The notes: generated by a model not told the origin, from the sequence alone. A DNA stretch of 62,856 nt, filler included, from Globobulimina sp. (GCA_003354225.1; 21 parts of 21 records of this genome joined end to end with filler, not necessarily neighbours in it); one strand, 5' to 3'; shown: positions 26,306 to 38,882, counted from the whole stretch's first letter. Made by a program: numbers and translations.

Positions 26306-26992
26306 TTGTCAATATCAACAATAAATTAATATTAACAACCAATAACATTGCACATTAATTAGTTTCTGTAAACAAGTGACAATCAAATGAAAAAAAGGGA
26401 CATACGGCGTCCCGCTCGGATTGAATATATTGATTGGAACTGTAATTCGTATCTTACGTTTTAATTTTTACTTAAACTTCATGTTGTGCTTTGTTTTTGT
26501 GTGATCAATATGATACCATATAGAACAATTAATTTCCCGTTGCCAAAACACACTTAAATCACATAGCTCTCAAAAACACTTTTTCTCACTCAAAAACTTT
26601 CGCAGGAAAACATAAAATCTAATGTCACAATTCATGGTAACTGGGTGGTGTAAAAACGAAAATATCAGTCCCAATTCCAAAAAACGAAAATATCACCGAT
26701 ATTTTGTCCCAAAAACCATTGTAAATTATGAATTATTTGCAGTTGTAAATTGTAATTATGAATTACGTCATATAATACGTCCAACTTTGCAACTTAAAAG
26801 TGATAAAATATGAGTCGTGTATTTGAAGAAACACCGCTAAATCAAAGCACATCAGACAACAATCAAAATGTAAATTGTTTTATGTCAGACGCNNNNNNNN
26901 NNNNNNNNNNNNNNNNNNNNNNNNNNNNNNNNNNNNTTAATTAATTAANNNNNNNNNNNNNNNNNNNNNNNNNNNNNNNNNNNNNNNNNNNN

Positions 26993-27275
26993 TTTTAATA
27001 TAGTTTTGTTCTAGTCCTTCGCCTTTCAGCGCAACCACGACCAAACAAAGGGCGCGTAGTTCCACTTCACTCTCATTTCTGATCAGCACTTGATTAGAAG
27101 AAGGAATTACAGGCAGATTATCGATGTAGGGAACATTTTCGGATTCCAGAATTCCTTCAGACCGCTGTTTTCTTTGGAGCTGTTCTAAATTTGGTTCGGC
27201 ATGCTCTAGGGCACTAATGGCTGCCTTCCTCTCTTCATGTGAAACAGAAGCCTTCTCAACTTCTTCCTGATGGCT
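26993..27275 (-). CDS. Fragment of bacterial DUF4272-like protein (chimerically fused)
   Basis: RKQRSEGIL..ENVPYIDNLPVI....IRNESEVELRALCLVVVALKGEGLEQ; composition break from the upstream FN3 part. Confidence 0.6.
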
Positions 27276-27743
27276 GGTAATTGTAGAATTTCCATCGACA
27301 TAAACTTGATACTTTAAAAAATCAGTAGCAATCGAGTCATCCCATTTAAATTCAATAAAATCATATCCAGAATCATTAATTGTAATACCTGTAACCTTTG
27401 GCGGTGGTGTTACATCAACTGTAGTAAATGAACCAACTGCACTTTCACTAGATTCTGTTAATGTATACGATTTTGCTTTGTAATAATACATAGTCCCATC
27501 ATTTAAATTATCTAATGTTACCGAATGACTCGTTGACATTGTACCATCAAACTTTTGATCGAGCAAGCTACCAGTATCTCCGTAATCTACTTGTGAATTC
27601 GCATTAACATCAGTAACCCAAGTGACTACTGCAGAATTTGAACCAACATTGACAGCAACATTACTAATTGTAAGCGCAAAAGATAAGGGAAGACTAATAA
27701 TTAAAGCAATCATAAAAATCGCAAGCGCCCGAATTCTCTTCAT
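27276..27743 (-). CDS. Prokaryotic (probably archaeal/DPANN-like) secreted FN3 / purple-acid-phosphatase-N-like repeat protein, truncated
   Basis: Signal peptide MKRIRALAIFMIALIISLPLSFA; SAVVTWVTDVNANSQVDYG..SHSVTLDNL..GTMYYY..SFTT.DVTPP; GAGG RBS and AAATATTTAAA TATA-like motif upstream. Confidence 0.75.
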
Positions 27744-27861
27744 TATGTATTTCCTCAATATTCTAGTTTAAATATTTATTCCCACTGTGGTGCTAGGTAA
27801 TATAAATGACTCGCATTATTCATCTCAGTAAATATTCTATATTTGCAACATATTATTAGTT

Positions 27862-29020
27862 CTATTCGCAATTCATTTGACAAATAATGGAGGAGAATGG
27901 TGATTGTTCCTTTTCCCTTTGAATATGACTGAGATCAATGCCTAATGATGTAATATCTTGTTCATATTCATCGATATATCTTAAATCCTTTGAGCTGACA
28001 ATACAATTATTGGCAAATACATCTTTCATAATATTTTCAATCATTTCTTTTGGTCTCCAAGTCTCAAAATCTTGAATAAATGGCTTTTCTGCTTCAATTC
28101 CTTCATAAAACTTAATAATAACTTTATCCAAAGGATCGGGTTTTATTTTATTTGTGATGGGATCGACGCAAATTTGTATTCCAGCAAATCTTGTATCTAC
28201 ACATTGCTTCGGATTATTAACCACTACAATAAATTTACCATGTTTTTTATTTATTACTTTATATAATGTCTGGAAAAATCTTTTTAATTTTTTATTATCA
28301 GACATTGTGCTTATAACGAATGTACATATTATAATATCGAAGTAATCCGATTTGAATGGTAATGTTTGATATGGTTCAATTGATTTAAATATTATATTTG
28401 CATTATTTTCTTTTCCTTGTTTGATTGCATTTTTTTGAATATCAAAGCCTGACATTTCAAAGAAAACATCCATTGCATTTAATTTGTCATAGATAAAGGA
28501 TGCAAATTGACCGATGGCACATCCTGCATCTAATATTTTCGTTTTTTCATTGTTTGAATTGTTTAATGTTTTAAAATGTTGGTTGAAAATTGGTATATAC
28601 CCAGCAGGCAGCAGCCCAATCTGTTGTTTTTTTTAATGCATCATTGTGAAATGATGACTCATCTCGATAATCATTTGCCGCATTCATAATACTTTGGTCC
28701 ACTGCGTGTCTCACTGCCTTTGCTTTGTTTATCCGCACAATAAAACAAAAAATAGCGATAATTACAAGACAAATCAATGTCGAATATGCATTCTGTTTTT
28801 TGATATTAATCACATTCTGTTCTTTATTTATTAATTTATAATCAGGTAACATGCACAATTTACTCCTATCAGGTATTTCAAAATGATTTGGAGGATTCCA
28901 GATATATGCATCACACATTGGCACTTGTGTGCTATTTGATATTGTTGTGTGAGGCATTGACAACACATCGTGTGTGATATATTCGTCTCTGAATAAAAGC
29001 AGGGTAAAATAAAGCCACAT
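27862..29020 (-). pseudogene. Class I SAM-dependent methyltransferase, frameshifted by a 4-nt duplication at 28604-28611
   Basis: Motif I KILDAGCAIG upstream of and in frame with ORF 27862-28473; SGFDI, LPFKSDYFDIIIC; removing one CTGC joins TDWAAA to GYIPIF. Confidence 0.72.
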
Positions 29021-29236
29021 AATATTTGATTAATGAGCAAACAAAAAAAGCAAGCTAGTGTTTGCTGGATGATGAAAGGAGTTGAAGTTAAAAAAAGTGG
29101 TTTTTTGAAGATGTTTCGTAGTAAAAACTTACGATGAGTTCGGGAGATATTATTGTCAATTTCCTCTATTTGGAATAATTATAGGTATAAAAATATAAAA
29201 TGTTGTATTTGTATTTCCATATCTCACGGAAAAGGA

Positions 29237-29890
29237 TCAAAATTCTTCTTCTTCTTCTTCGTCTTCGTCTTCGTCTTCTTCTGTTTCTTCTTCTTCTGTT
29301 TCTTCTTCTTCTTCTTCTTCTTCTTCTTCCTCATCCTCTGTATCTTCATATTCACTCTCATCCTCATATTCACTCTCATCATCTTCCAAATCGACGACAG
29401 CATCCCGTTTATCCATATATTCAGTCATCAAATCAGCCAAATCCTGTCTTGCTTCATCAAATTCCTGCGTTTCCATTCCATGATCCGTATAATATTGCAA
29501 TCCATCCCGTCTCTTATAACATTTGTCAAACACTGTCACATGTTTTCCAAGCACTTGTTGCATCGCAGTACTATTTGCCATCAATGTAGCAACCATAGGA
29601 ACGCCATGGTCACTGATCACACAAATCTCACTCTTAATATTGTTGGGCAGCCATGCCACAAAATCATCTGACATTTTCATCTGGATCTTGGCCACTTCAT
29701 CATCAACCTCTGGCGTTGCCAAATGGCCTCTATACACCACAGAGCCAAGCATATATTTTCCATCATGAAAGCTTCCAATATCCGATAAACAATTCCTTGA
29801 ACACCATATCTGATCTGTCAATTCCTGCACAGTCATTCTAATCCTTGCAGTTCCCATATAGTTCACATTCATAACTTTTTGCATTGTTTT
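29237..29890 (-). CDS. Divergent beta-tubulin C-terminal part, foraminiferan/Retaria beta-2 type (5' partial)
   Basis: TVQELTDQIW.SRN, DGKY....YRG, EVDDEVAKIQ.KMSDDFVAWLPNNIKS, LMTEYMDKRDAVVDL, long acidic tail. Confidence 0.88.
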   Translation of the reverse strand, partial: KTMQKVMNVNYMGTARIRMTVQELTDQIWCSRNCLSDIGSFHDGKYMLGSVVYRGHLATPEVDDEVAKIQMKMSDDFVAWLPNNIKSEICVISDHGVPMVATLMANSTAMQQVLGKHVTVFDKCYKRRDGLQYYTDHGMETQEFDEARQDLADLMTEYMDKRDAVVDLEDDESEYEDESEYEDTEDEEEEEEEEEEETEEEETEEDEDEDEEEEEEF

Positions 29891-29990
29891 NNNNNNNNNN
29901 NNNNNNNNNNNNNNNNNNNNNNNNNNNNNNNNNNTTAATTAATTAANNNNNNNNNNNNNNNNNNNNNNNNNNNNNNNNNNNNNNNNNNNN

Positions 29991-30106
29991 TATTGATAAT
30001 GATATTGATAATGATATTGATAATGATATTGATATTGATATTGATAATGATATTGATAATGATATTGATATTGATATTGATATTGATATTGATAATGATA
30101 ATGATA
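29991..30106 (+). repeat. (ATTGAT/AATGAT)n hexamer microsatellite, in frame as (ID/ND)n
   Basis: Directly visible. Confidence 0.9.
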
Positions 30107-32396
30107 TCCCAATCATAGATTTGTGTTCGAATAAAAAAAATGATGAAAATAAAAGTGATAATGTTAGCATTAGTCGTTATGGCCGAAAAAGGAAGAAAAT
30201 AAATTATAATTTAGCATCGTATTGGGGTTTGAATATTAATTCGAATGAAGAAAAAACTGCATCACAATCATCCTCTACAAATCAAGAAGAAGAACATGAA
30301 AATAATTCCTCCAGTGATGATTATGAATGTGATGAAGATGAAGATGAAGATGAAGATGATGAAGAATATATAATTGAAGATAAACCAAATAAAAAAAGAA
30401 AACGAAAAATAAAAAAAGATAATAAACGGAAAAAATGTAAAACTAAAACTAAAACTAAAACATTGAATGTCGAACAGGAGAAAGGTACTGTACTTTGTAC
30501 TGCACATTTACATTAAATCCGGATGCCATTTAATATTAAATATATAATATATAAATCACAGAAAAGGCAGAGACTTTTTTTATGAGTAAATCAGAGAAAA
30601 ATCAATATAAACGGGACAAAGTAATGATAAAATTCCAAACGGAACTCGCAAAACGACATTCTGAGGACCAACGGTTATTTGGTGGGAAAAAAGCAAATCC
30701 GTATTTTGAAATTGCTAAAAAACGACAAAAATTATTAAACAATGCATATGCTAAAAATGATAATGACTACAAATCGAATAATTGCAGTATTCATTTCAAT
30801 GCATCACTTTTCCCAAAAATATCATCCATAAAACCATTCAACGACAACGACAACGAAAACGACAACGAGAATGAAACAGATTTTAAAGTGAAATGTATAG
30901 ATTTGATGGAGAATGAATTTAATTTCGAAATGAATAAAATCGAGAAACAAATGTCAGATTTATTATATTCACCAACAATCACTCTAACAATAGATGTGGA
31001 TGATGATAATGGCCATGATATTGATATTCATGAAGGTAATGTAAATGTGACGGATTGTGATATAACAACACCGCGATATACATATTATTGGCCATCACAA
31101 CCATCATTAGATAAATATTTTTTATCGGCACAATTTAATGATATGATTAGTCAAATAAGCCGGGAATTTCCTAGCATTGCTCATAACGTCATAAACAATG
31201 AATTAGTAATGTGTTTAAATAGAAGCACACAAACTGACGACAACAACAACAACAACGACCCTGCGAATGCAATGTGGTGTGATAAATATAAGCCATACTC
31301 AGCAGTTGAAGTGGTGGGTAATTGGATGGTAGCAAATGAACTGCAAAAATGGCTAAAAGCATGGACAAATAAAGAGGAGAAACAGTCCTATTTATTAGGG
31401 CCAATAATGCCTACTGACATGTACAATGATAGTGAGTGTAGCGATTCTGATGGCGATTGGCTACCACTATCAGACAGTAATAATAATTTAGAGATTGAGT
31501 TATCGATCGCAAATACAGTTTTATTAACGGGTCCAACGGCTTGTGGCAAAACAACGAGCATCAATGCAGTGGCAAAACAGTTAAATTATAACGTAATTGA
31601 AGTTAATTGCATTATGGTGAAAACGGCAAAGGATTTGAATGATTTATTTGGTGAAGCCACCCAGTCTCAACAAGTTGATATTAAATCGCAAGCACAATCT
31701 ATTATATTATTAGAAGAAGTTGACAATATGTTACAATCTGCGCCTTGTATTATAAAAACCATTACGAATTTTCTAAATAATTCACGCTGTCCAATTATTT
31801 TAACGGCTCAAAATATCCCAAAATCATTAAAACATTTAAATTTAACTAACTTTCAGTTTGGTTATGGCTCTTTGGAGAGGTTATCATTGCGGACATATAT
31901 TATTGCTTTGTGTGAAGGTATCTGTTTGACCCGCCATGAGATTGAGAAAATTGTCATGTTTTTTGATTATGACTTACGCTCTGTTTTAATTAATTTGCAA
32001 TTTTGGTTAACTTCTCCTCGGACATTTGACCATTTTAATGATTTCAATAATAATAACATACCATTGCCATTACCAAATACAGCAAATGCAATTGCAACAA
32101 ATGAAAAGAATACATTTCATACAAAATTGGCATTAAAAGTATATAGTTTGCCACATATTAAAAATACAATGAAATCAATGCATAAGTTATCAATTTATCA
32201 ACGAATTATTCATGTTAATGAGAAAGATGAGTTATTTTGGTCGCATTTTGTGAATAAAAATAAGAATATAAAGGAAGTAAATATAAATGAAAAGGATTTA
32301 AACGATAATTTGTATTGTTTTGTGCAGCATATATTGGAGAGTGGTTATATAAATAATATTATATTTAATTCATTTCTGTATTGGTTTAATTGTTAA
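29992..32396 (+). CDS. ATAD5: ATAD5/Elg1-like RFC large subunit (AAA+); intron 30485-30561; 5' partial, 3' end uncertain
   Basis: WCDKYKP..EVVGN, Walker A GPTACGKT, VIEVN, FGEATQSQQV, Walker B ILLEEVD, RCPIILT. Confidence 0.82.
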
Positions 32397-33234
32397 TGAT
32401 ATTAATTCAATGCAAATTTATCCAAAACCAACAAGCAAAACATCATCCAAAGCAACTAATTTGCATTCAAATTGTAATCCTTTTACATTCTCATGGACTC
32501 AAAATAAAGCCATTGTGCAAGCAAAAAATATAATTAATTCATTATTAGATATTGTTTGTGGTTGTAATCAAATAAAAGATATCACTATTGAGCCGAGGAT
32601 ATTTGCTCAAATCCGCAGCTTTTCCCTCCAAAGCGCGAGCATGGTACATAGGGAAATATGGATCCCCAGACAGCCAAAAATACAGCAAAATGACCGCCTC
32701 GATCTCTACTTTAATCCTATATTTTTTTTACATCCATAACTCCAATATAAATAGCACCAATCCACTCCACCATAATTATTAGTCACTTTTCCATCAAAAA
32801 AAATAACACATATTTCCTTGATTCTTCACCGGCAGCAAAGTAATAATTGCCAGGTGTTCCATCTTTGGAGTTTAAATCAATATATTTANNNNNNNNNNNN
32901 NNNNNNNNNNNNNNNNNNNNNNNNNNNNNNNNTTAATTAATTAANNNNNNNNNNNNNNNNNNNNNNNNNNNNNNNNNNNNNNNNNNNNTTCGAAGAAGAA
33001 GTTACCAATACCACCTACTTCATCATTTAAGGAATTTGATCCAACCAAATTCCTCCGAAAAGGGGGAAAGTTGGGAAACAAGAAGTTTAAATCAAGGAAA
33101 AAGCATAAACGTAGATAGAAGAAACAAAAATCGTACAATGTTCCAATATTTGTACGATTTTATGGTTTGGTCAAGCGCCTGCTGCTGTTGTTATCGCGGC
33201 CTACTTTTTGTGCTCATAAAATTTTCGAGTAATT

Positions 33235-35885
33235 GATCCGAATATCATTGAACATGCTAAGATCGATATTAATGTCAACGATGAAGCAGTGCCGGTCGAG
33301 GAAGAGCAAAAACATGCAAATAATACCTCGTCAGTGATAGCATTGCAACATGCTGAATTTTCATGGGATGATAAAGGGCATCATATTGCACTGTATAATA
33401 TCAGCACTACTTTTCAACTCAATACAATAACAATGGTTGTTGGGCAAACCGGTTCTGGTAAAAGTGCATTATTACGCGGCATTTTAGGTAATCTAACAAA
33501 AATACGCGGTCATATTATTTATGATAGCTCGTCAAAACAAGGAGAACGGATAAAAATTGCATATAGCTCACAAGTCGCGTGGATTCAGAACGCGACAGTA
33601 CGCGATAACATATTGTTTGGCAGTGAATACAATAAGAAAATGTATGACAAAGCGATAACGAGTTGTGCATTGGTCTCAGATTTAAAAATATTGCCAGCTG
33701 GCGATAAAACTGAAATCGGTGAAAAGGGAATTAATCTGAGCGGTGGTATGTATATATATATGTAAATTGTTTCTTTTTTGACCATACATTCTTAAAAAAA
33801 AACGTTAAAAAAAGGGCAAAAACAACGCATCTCTTTAGCTCGAGCAGTATATTCAAATGCTGATGTTTATGTATTTGACGACCCACTGTCTGCCGTTGAT
33901 TCTCATGTCGCAAATCATATATTTAATCAATGTTTTGTTGACTTATTGAAAAATCAAAAGAAAACCATCATATTGGCCACACATTCTGTGTCCTTTTTAA
34001 AATACGCCGATAATATCTTAGTGATGGAAGATGGCACGATATCGTTACAGGGACAATTACAGGATTTGATCGATGCAAAAATAAATTTAACAAACTTCAT
34101 CATCCATAAAGATGAGGAGAGTGATGGTGATGAGCATGGTGATGAGGATCCAGATGAAAAAGCGGATGGTTCGCCGTTATTATCCAATATTTCAGACAAA
34201 GACAAAAACAAAGACAACGATGCAGATAAAAAACAGACCGGTGATGGTGTTGCCGGCGCTGCTTTGATCAAAGAGGAAGAGCGCGCTGTAGGCAATGTGT
34301 CATTTGGTGTGTATTTTTTGTATGTTCGAGCCGCTGGCGGTATATTATTCTTTTTATTGTATGTGTTATTATTGTCATTATATGCTGGTTCCAACACAAT
34401 GGCTATATTTTGGTTGGCTTTTTGGTCCGATGATAAATTTTCAAATAAAGATAAAAGTCAAATGTGGTATTTAAGCATGTATAGTATTATCCAAATGGGC
34501 GCCTTATTTTCTTTATTTACAGCGGCCATTATTGCACTAATTACGCGACTGAAAGCATCAAAATATTTGCATGAGTCCTTATTATCCAAAGTATTAAGGG
34601 CTCCAATGTCATTTTTTGATACCACACCAATAGGTACGTCTATATTTTTAACTCCCTTCACTTGGGTAATTATAATGGTGCTTCAACACCTGTACAGGGC
34701 GAATAATAAACAGGTTTTCTCGCGATATGTATTCTGTGGATCAAACAATACCAGGTTCATATCAAACAGCTTTAAGGTAAGAATTGAAACAATGCAATTT
34801 ATACAATTAATGTGCGAAAGTAATCAATTCGAACAAGCACAGAAACGTTACATTAATTGTGGATAAATCGCATTGTTACTACTTTAAAGAATAACCATTG
34901 GTTTGGTCGCCACAGCTTTTGGTGTTTGTATTGTTACACCATATTTTGCACTAAGTCTGATACCATTATCTGTGGTATATTATTATTTACAAAATTATTT
35001 TATTACAACATCCAGAGAGTTGAGAAGATTATCAACTTTGCAAAATTCGCCAATATATTCAAATTTCAGTGAATCCGTTTCTGGAGTCGATATCATAAAA
35101 TCTTTTGGTAAAATTGAGGAATTTTCAAAGAAAAATAAAACTTTAATCGACTGCGATCACAACGCTTATTATCCCTCAATAGCAGCCAACCGATGGCTAG
35201 CCATCAGATTAGAAACAATTGGAAACTGTTTGATTGGTTCAGCGGCTTTGTTTTGTGCAATAACGCAGCCACCAGTCGGCTATATCGGTGTGGCATTATC
35301 GACAATGATGTCTGTCACGCAAGGTTTGAACTGGTTTGTTCGCCAAAAAGCTGAATTAGAACAAGATATTGTTGGCGTGGAGCGAATCAATCAGTATTCG
35401 CATAAAGATACAGTGGAGGAAAAGGCAGATATTATCCGCTCAAGTCGTCCCAGCAAACGATGGCCAATGAATGGTGCCATATCATTTAGTAATGTTTATA
35501 TGAAATATCGACCAGAATTACAATATGTATTAAAAGGTTTAACCTTTGATATAAAAGGTGGTGAAAAGGTGGGTGTGATTGGCAGAACAGGTGCGGGCAA
35601 ATCAAGTTTATTTGTGACATTACTGCGCATTGTTGAAATCGAAACAGATTTGTATTCAATCAACGATTCAGAATCAAACAATATGATAAAATTTAATTTG
35701 AATAAAAATAATAAGTGTCAGATATTAATTGATAATGTGGATATTGCCAGCATTGGTTTATATGATTTGCGTTCAAAATTATCCGTCATACCGCAAGATC
35801 CCATTCTATTCACTGGCACAGTCCGCTTTAATTTAGATCCGTTTCAAGAAAGAAGTGATGTCGAATTGGTTGAAGCGTTAAAGTT
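33235..35885 (+). CDS. ABCC/MRP transporter fragment (NBD1-TMD2-NBD2); introns 33746-33814, 34634-34697, 34777-34889
   Basis: GQTGSGKS, EIGEKGINLSG/GQKQRISLARAVY..DDPLSAVD, APMSFFDTTPIG/RIINRFS, ANRWLAIRLE, GRTGAGKSS, IPQDPILFTGTVRFNLDPF; all splices in frame. Confidence 0.96.
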
Positions 35886-35986
35886 NNNNNNNNNNNNNNN
35901 NNNNNNNNNNNNNNNNNNNNNNNNNNNNNTTAATTAATTAANNNNNNNNNNNNNNNNNNNNNNNNNNNNNNNNNNNNNNNNNNNNT

Positions 35987-36958
35987 CTCAGAATTAATCA
36001 ACAACCAAGTTATCTATTTGTTGGTATTATTGATACGCGAGCTACGAAACATAAACAAATTGGTTTACCTTCCAATGAAGGATATTATTTAGCATATAAT
36101 GGATGTATACAAGGCCGGGGATTATCCATTTCAACTGGGTATACTTTGAAGGTTAAAGATAAAATTAAAATTATATTAGATTTGACACAAAATACATTGT
36201 GTTTTGGAATAAATGATAAAACCTTTGTTTATGCGAAAGGAGCAATGTTAAAAAATCGATGCTTTAATTTATTTTGTACCTCGTATTATCAAAATACGTC
36301 TGTTACAATTTTGGGTAAAGAGATGCCGGGAAGTATGGGAATTGAGAAAGGCAAAATATTGTATACGTGTGGTAGTTGTTCAAAAGCGATTTATGAGATG
36401 GATTTTCAGATTAATAATGTGAAAAATAATTCAAATGTATGGTATCATATTGAGTGTAATTTTAATTTGCCACAGTTATCTGTCAATGCACGAGATCAAT
36501 GGAATAGGATGATATCAAATCGAAATATTAATATTCAAAATTATGATGCGAGTCTTGGAACAGGTCCTGGATATTTTAACGTGTTTGGTATCATAACAAT
36601 TACAAAAAATACTAAACGATGGAATGTTAAACTTGTGAACCAACCGTCTAATGTTTATGTTGGTATTATTGATTCAGGGAATTTATATGGAAGACAAGTT
36701 GGGATACCTTCAAATGATGGTTATTATTTAGCATATAATGGACATATTCAAGGTTCAGGTTTAAGTATTAACGCAAGTTTGACATTTAAAGTAGGTGATG
36801 TTATCAATGTGATATTGGATATGAATAAAGGAGTGTTGAGTTTCGGTAGAAATAATACAGATTATGCGCATGCAAAAGATGCTAATATTAAAGGGAGATC
36901 ATTCAATTTGTTTTGTACTATGTATTCTGCCAATTCAAAAGTTACAATTCAATCATAA
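35987..36958 (+). CDS. Tandem SPRY/B30.2-like repeat protein with an intervening CxxC..HxxC zinc finger (5' partial)
   Basis: Two homologous units (NQPS.vyVGIID..PSN.GYYLAYNG..KVgD.I.viLD..lsFG.N); CGSCSKAI..WYHIEC. Confidence 0.7.
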   Translation, partial: LRINQQPSYLFVGIIDTRATKHKQIGLPSNEGYYLAYNGCIQGRGLSISTGYTLKVKDKIKIILDLTQNTLCFGINDKTFVYAKGAMLKNRCFNLFCTSYYQNTSVTILGKEMPGSMGIEKGKILYTCGSCSKAIYEMDFQINNVKNNSNVWYHIECNFNLPQLSVNARDQWNRMISNRNINIQNYDASLGTGPGYFNVFGIITITKNTKRWNVKLVNQPSNVYVGIIDSGNLYGRQVGIPSNDGYYLAYNGHIQGSGLSINASLTFKVGDVINVILDMNKGVLSFGRNNTDYAHAKDANIKGRSFNLFCTMYSANSKVTIQS

Positions 36959-37161
36959 TCATCTCGAAATTTTTTTTGTATTATATATTATTAATAACTA
37001 ATTCTATAACTATTATCGTATTACATTTCCAATATTTCTTTGTTTTTTAATAAGTCCGTAATTAAATTTAACACTCAATCATGAAATGGCGAATAAAAAT
37101 CCGAAGGAGTATTTAATAATACAGTTGAATTATATACGTACAAACAATGCCTAACATGCAG

Positions 37162-38882
37162 TTATATTTTAATCTCATTCATTTCCTTAATCTTATCCTT
37201 ATACTCATTATAATTATCCGTTGTCAATTTAACCAAATCTCTTCGCGTCAGTTTCCTTTTAGTAAATGGACATATATCTTTGGTTGCTGGTTTCCTTAAT
37301 ATTTGCATCCATGTTTCATATCCTAACACATGACCCGATGGAGATATTGCTGGCTTAATGATTTTTTTCCCAGTCATATAATCAACAAAATTTGGCAATG
37401 GATTCTCTTTAACGACAATAGATATTAAATATCCATCATCCTCATCATCCTCATCCTCATCATCCTCATCATCCTCTTCATCATCATACATATTATAATT
37501 ATTGTTATTCCTCCTCCTTCTCTTCGCTATTGGTTCTATTTCATCACTACTTTGTTTCCTCTTTCTTTTCCTTGTTTGCTTCAACCTTTTCCCCACATTG
37601 CTATTATTTTTATTCCCCAGCGCCTTATCAATGCGTTCGCACTCATCATCTGACGGATGTTTTGGATGTTTGCATGGCAAATTCTTCCATACTCCCGATG
37701 GATCCTTAATGATTTCAATCGCAAATTGTTTATACCGCTCTGGAATTTGAATTCCGCATTGTTTTGATGTTTTAAATGTTAATTTCTTTGTATTTTCATC
37801 ATACACATAATTAAGATCTTTGACCCAGCCATCTTTAATTAACTTTCTCCATCGATTGGACATGATATATCCAACCCGGCCGGCTATATTTCTTGAAAAT
37901 AATCCCCATTCAAAGTTGACGCCACGTTCCAAAACATTTTGCATAAAAATGGCATGTTCAGAGTCACTCCATTTACCTTTTTTAGCTGGTTGCAGCATTT
38001 CTTTTTGTTGTTTATCGTTTGATGACACACCGCTCGCATTAAAACGATAAAAAAATTCTGTTGGATTAGCAATACGGTTTTTAAATGCTTTTGTCTGTAT
38101 TTTGCTGAATCCACTGCTAATATCACACTGTGGGTTTGGTTCTGCATTGTCAGCATTGACTTGTTTATTTATATTTTTATTTTTATTGCAATTTGCTGCG
38201 ACTGATCTTTTCTTTCTTTTTTTCGGTGCGATTATTGGAGGGAGTTGAGATAATTGATATTCTTCATCAGAGTCATTCATAGCACCATCTTCCGATTCTG
38301 TCTCGACAGCATTGTCAGAATCAGAAAACTGAATATTGCGAAGAGAGTCAGTTTGTTCTTGCATCATTGCCTTCATTTCGTGTAAAAAGAAGACGCCCGC
38401 TTCTTGCAATCGATGTGTTAAATCCATTTCATTTTCTTCAGCAAAACAGCGCATAAATTCAGCTAATTCATCATTTATGTCCTCGTCAGTAATAAATTTG
38501 ACATCATTCTTAACTATTTAATATCGAATAGAATATATTATAAATTAAAAACAGAATAATTAACTTGTAGTTTTACATTGTTGTTTGCAGCCACTTTTTA
38601 TTTTATCCATTTTCATCATTAGTTTCTCTTTTTGTGCCGCATCTAAACCTGCAAATATCGCTGATAACGCTGACTCAGATTCGCTTTCATCAAATGAACT
38701 ATTATCATCATCATCATTTGATTCTGTATTATTTGATTGTGAATGATTGGATTCTGTACTGTTTGATTGTGTATTATTTGTATTCATATTTACATCATCA
38801 TCATCAGCGTCGTCAATTATTATCACTTCTCTTTCATTTCCCTTTTCTTGTCTACTTAAATGAGTTAAATCATCTTTATCTT
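37162..38882 (-). CDS. Myb/SANT-like plus C-terminal U-box-like protein; probable intron ~38515-38564; 5' partial
   Basis: NPTEFFYRFN, GKWSDSEH..F...WGLFSRNIAGRVGY..SN.WRKL; NPLPNFVDYMT..KPAISPSGHVLGY..CPFTKRKL; the upstream exon needs a 1-nt correction to join in frame. Confidence 0.78.

Noticed and set aside
26937..27758. Novel FN3-DUF4272 fusion protein
   Set aside because: The abrupt break falls mid-domain, so an accidental in-frame chimera is more likely.
29153..29671. Poly-Phe/Leu ORFs and the many other antisense or overlapping short ORFs in the track
   Set aside because: They are shadow frames of acidic, low-complexity or GC-richer coding regions on the opposite strand.
29850..29890. 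N-terminal KTMQKVMNVNYMGT as part of the tubulin
   Set aside because: It does not resemble the tubulin sequence expected here and looks like an SDR-type VMxVNYxG motif. It may be a chimeric contig tip and is too short to call.
32400..33230. Short coding-like fragments at contig ends (minus-strand 32560-32888; K/R-rich C-terminus 32990-33118)
   Set aside because: Plausible gene tails or chimeric tips, but not identifiable.
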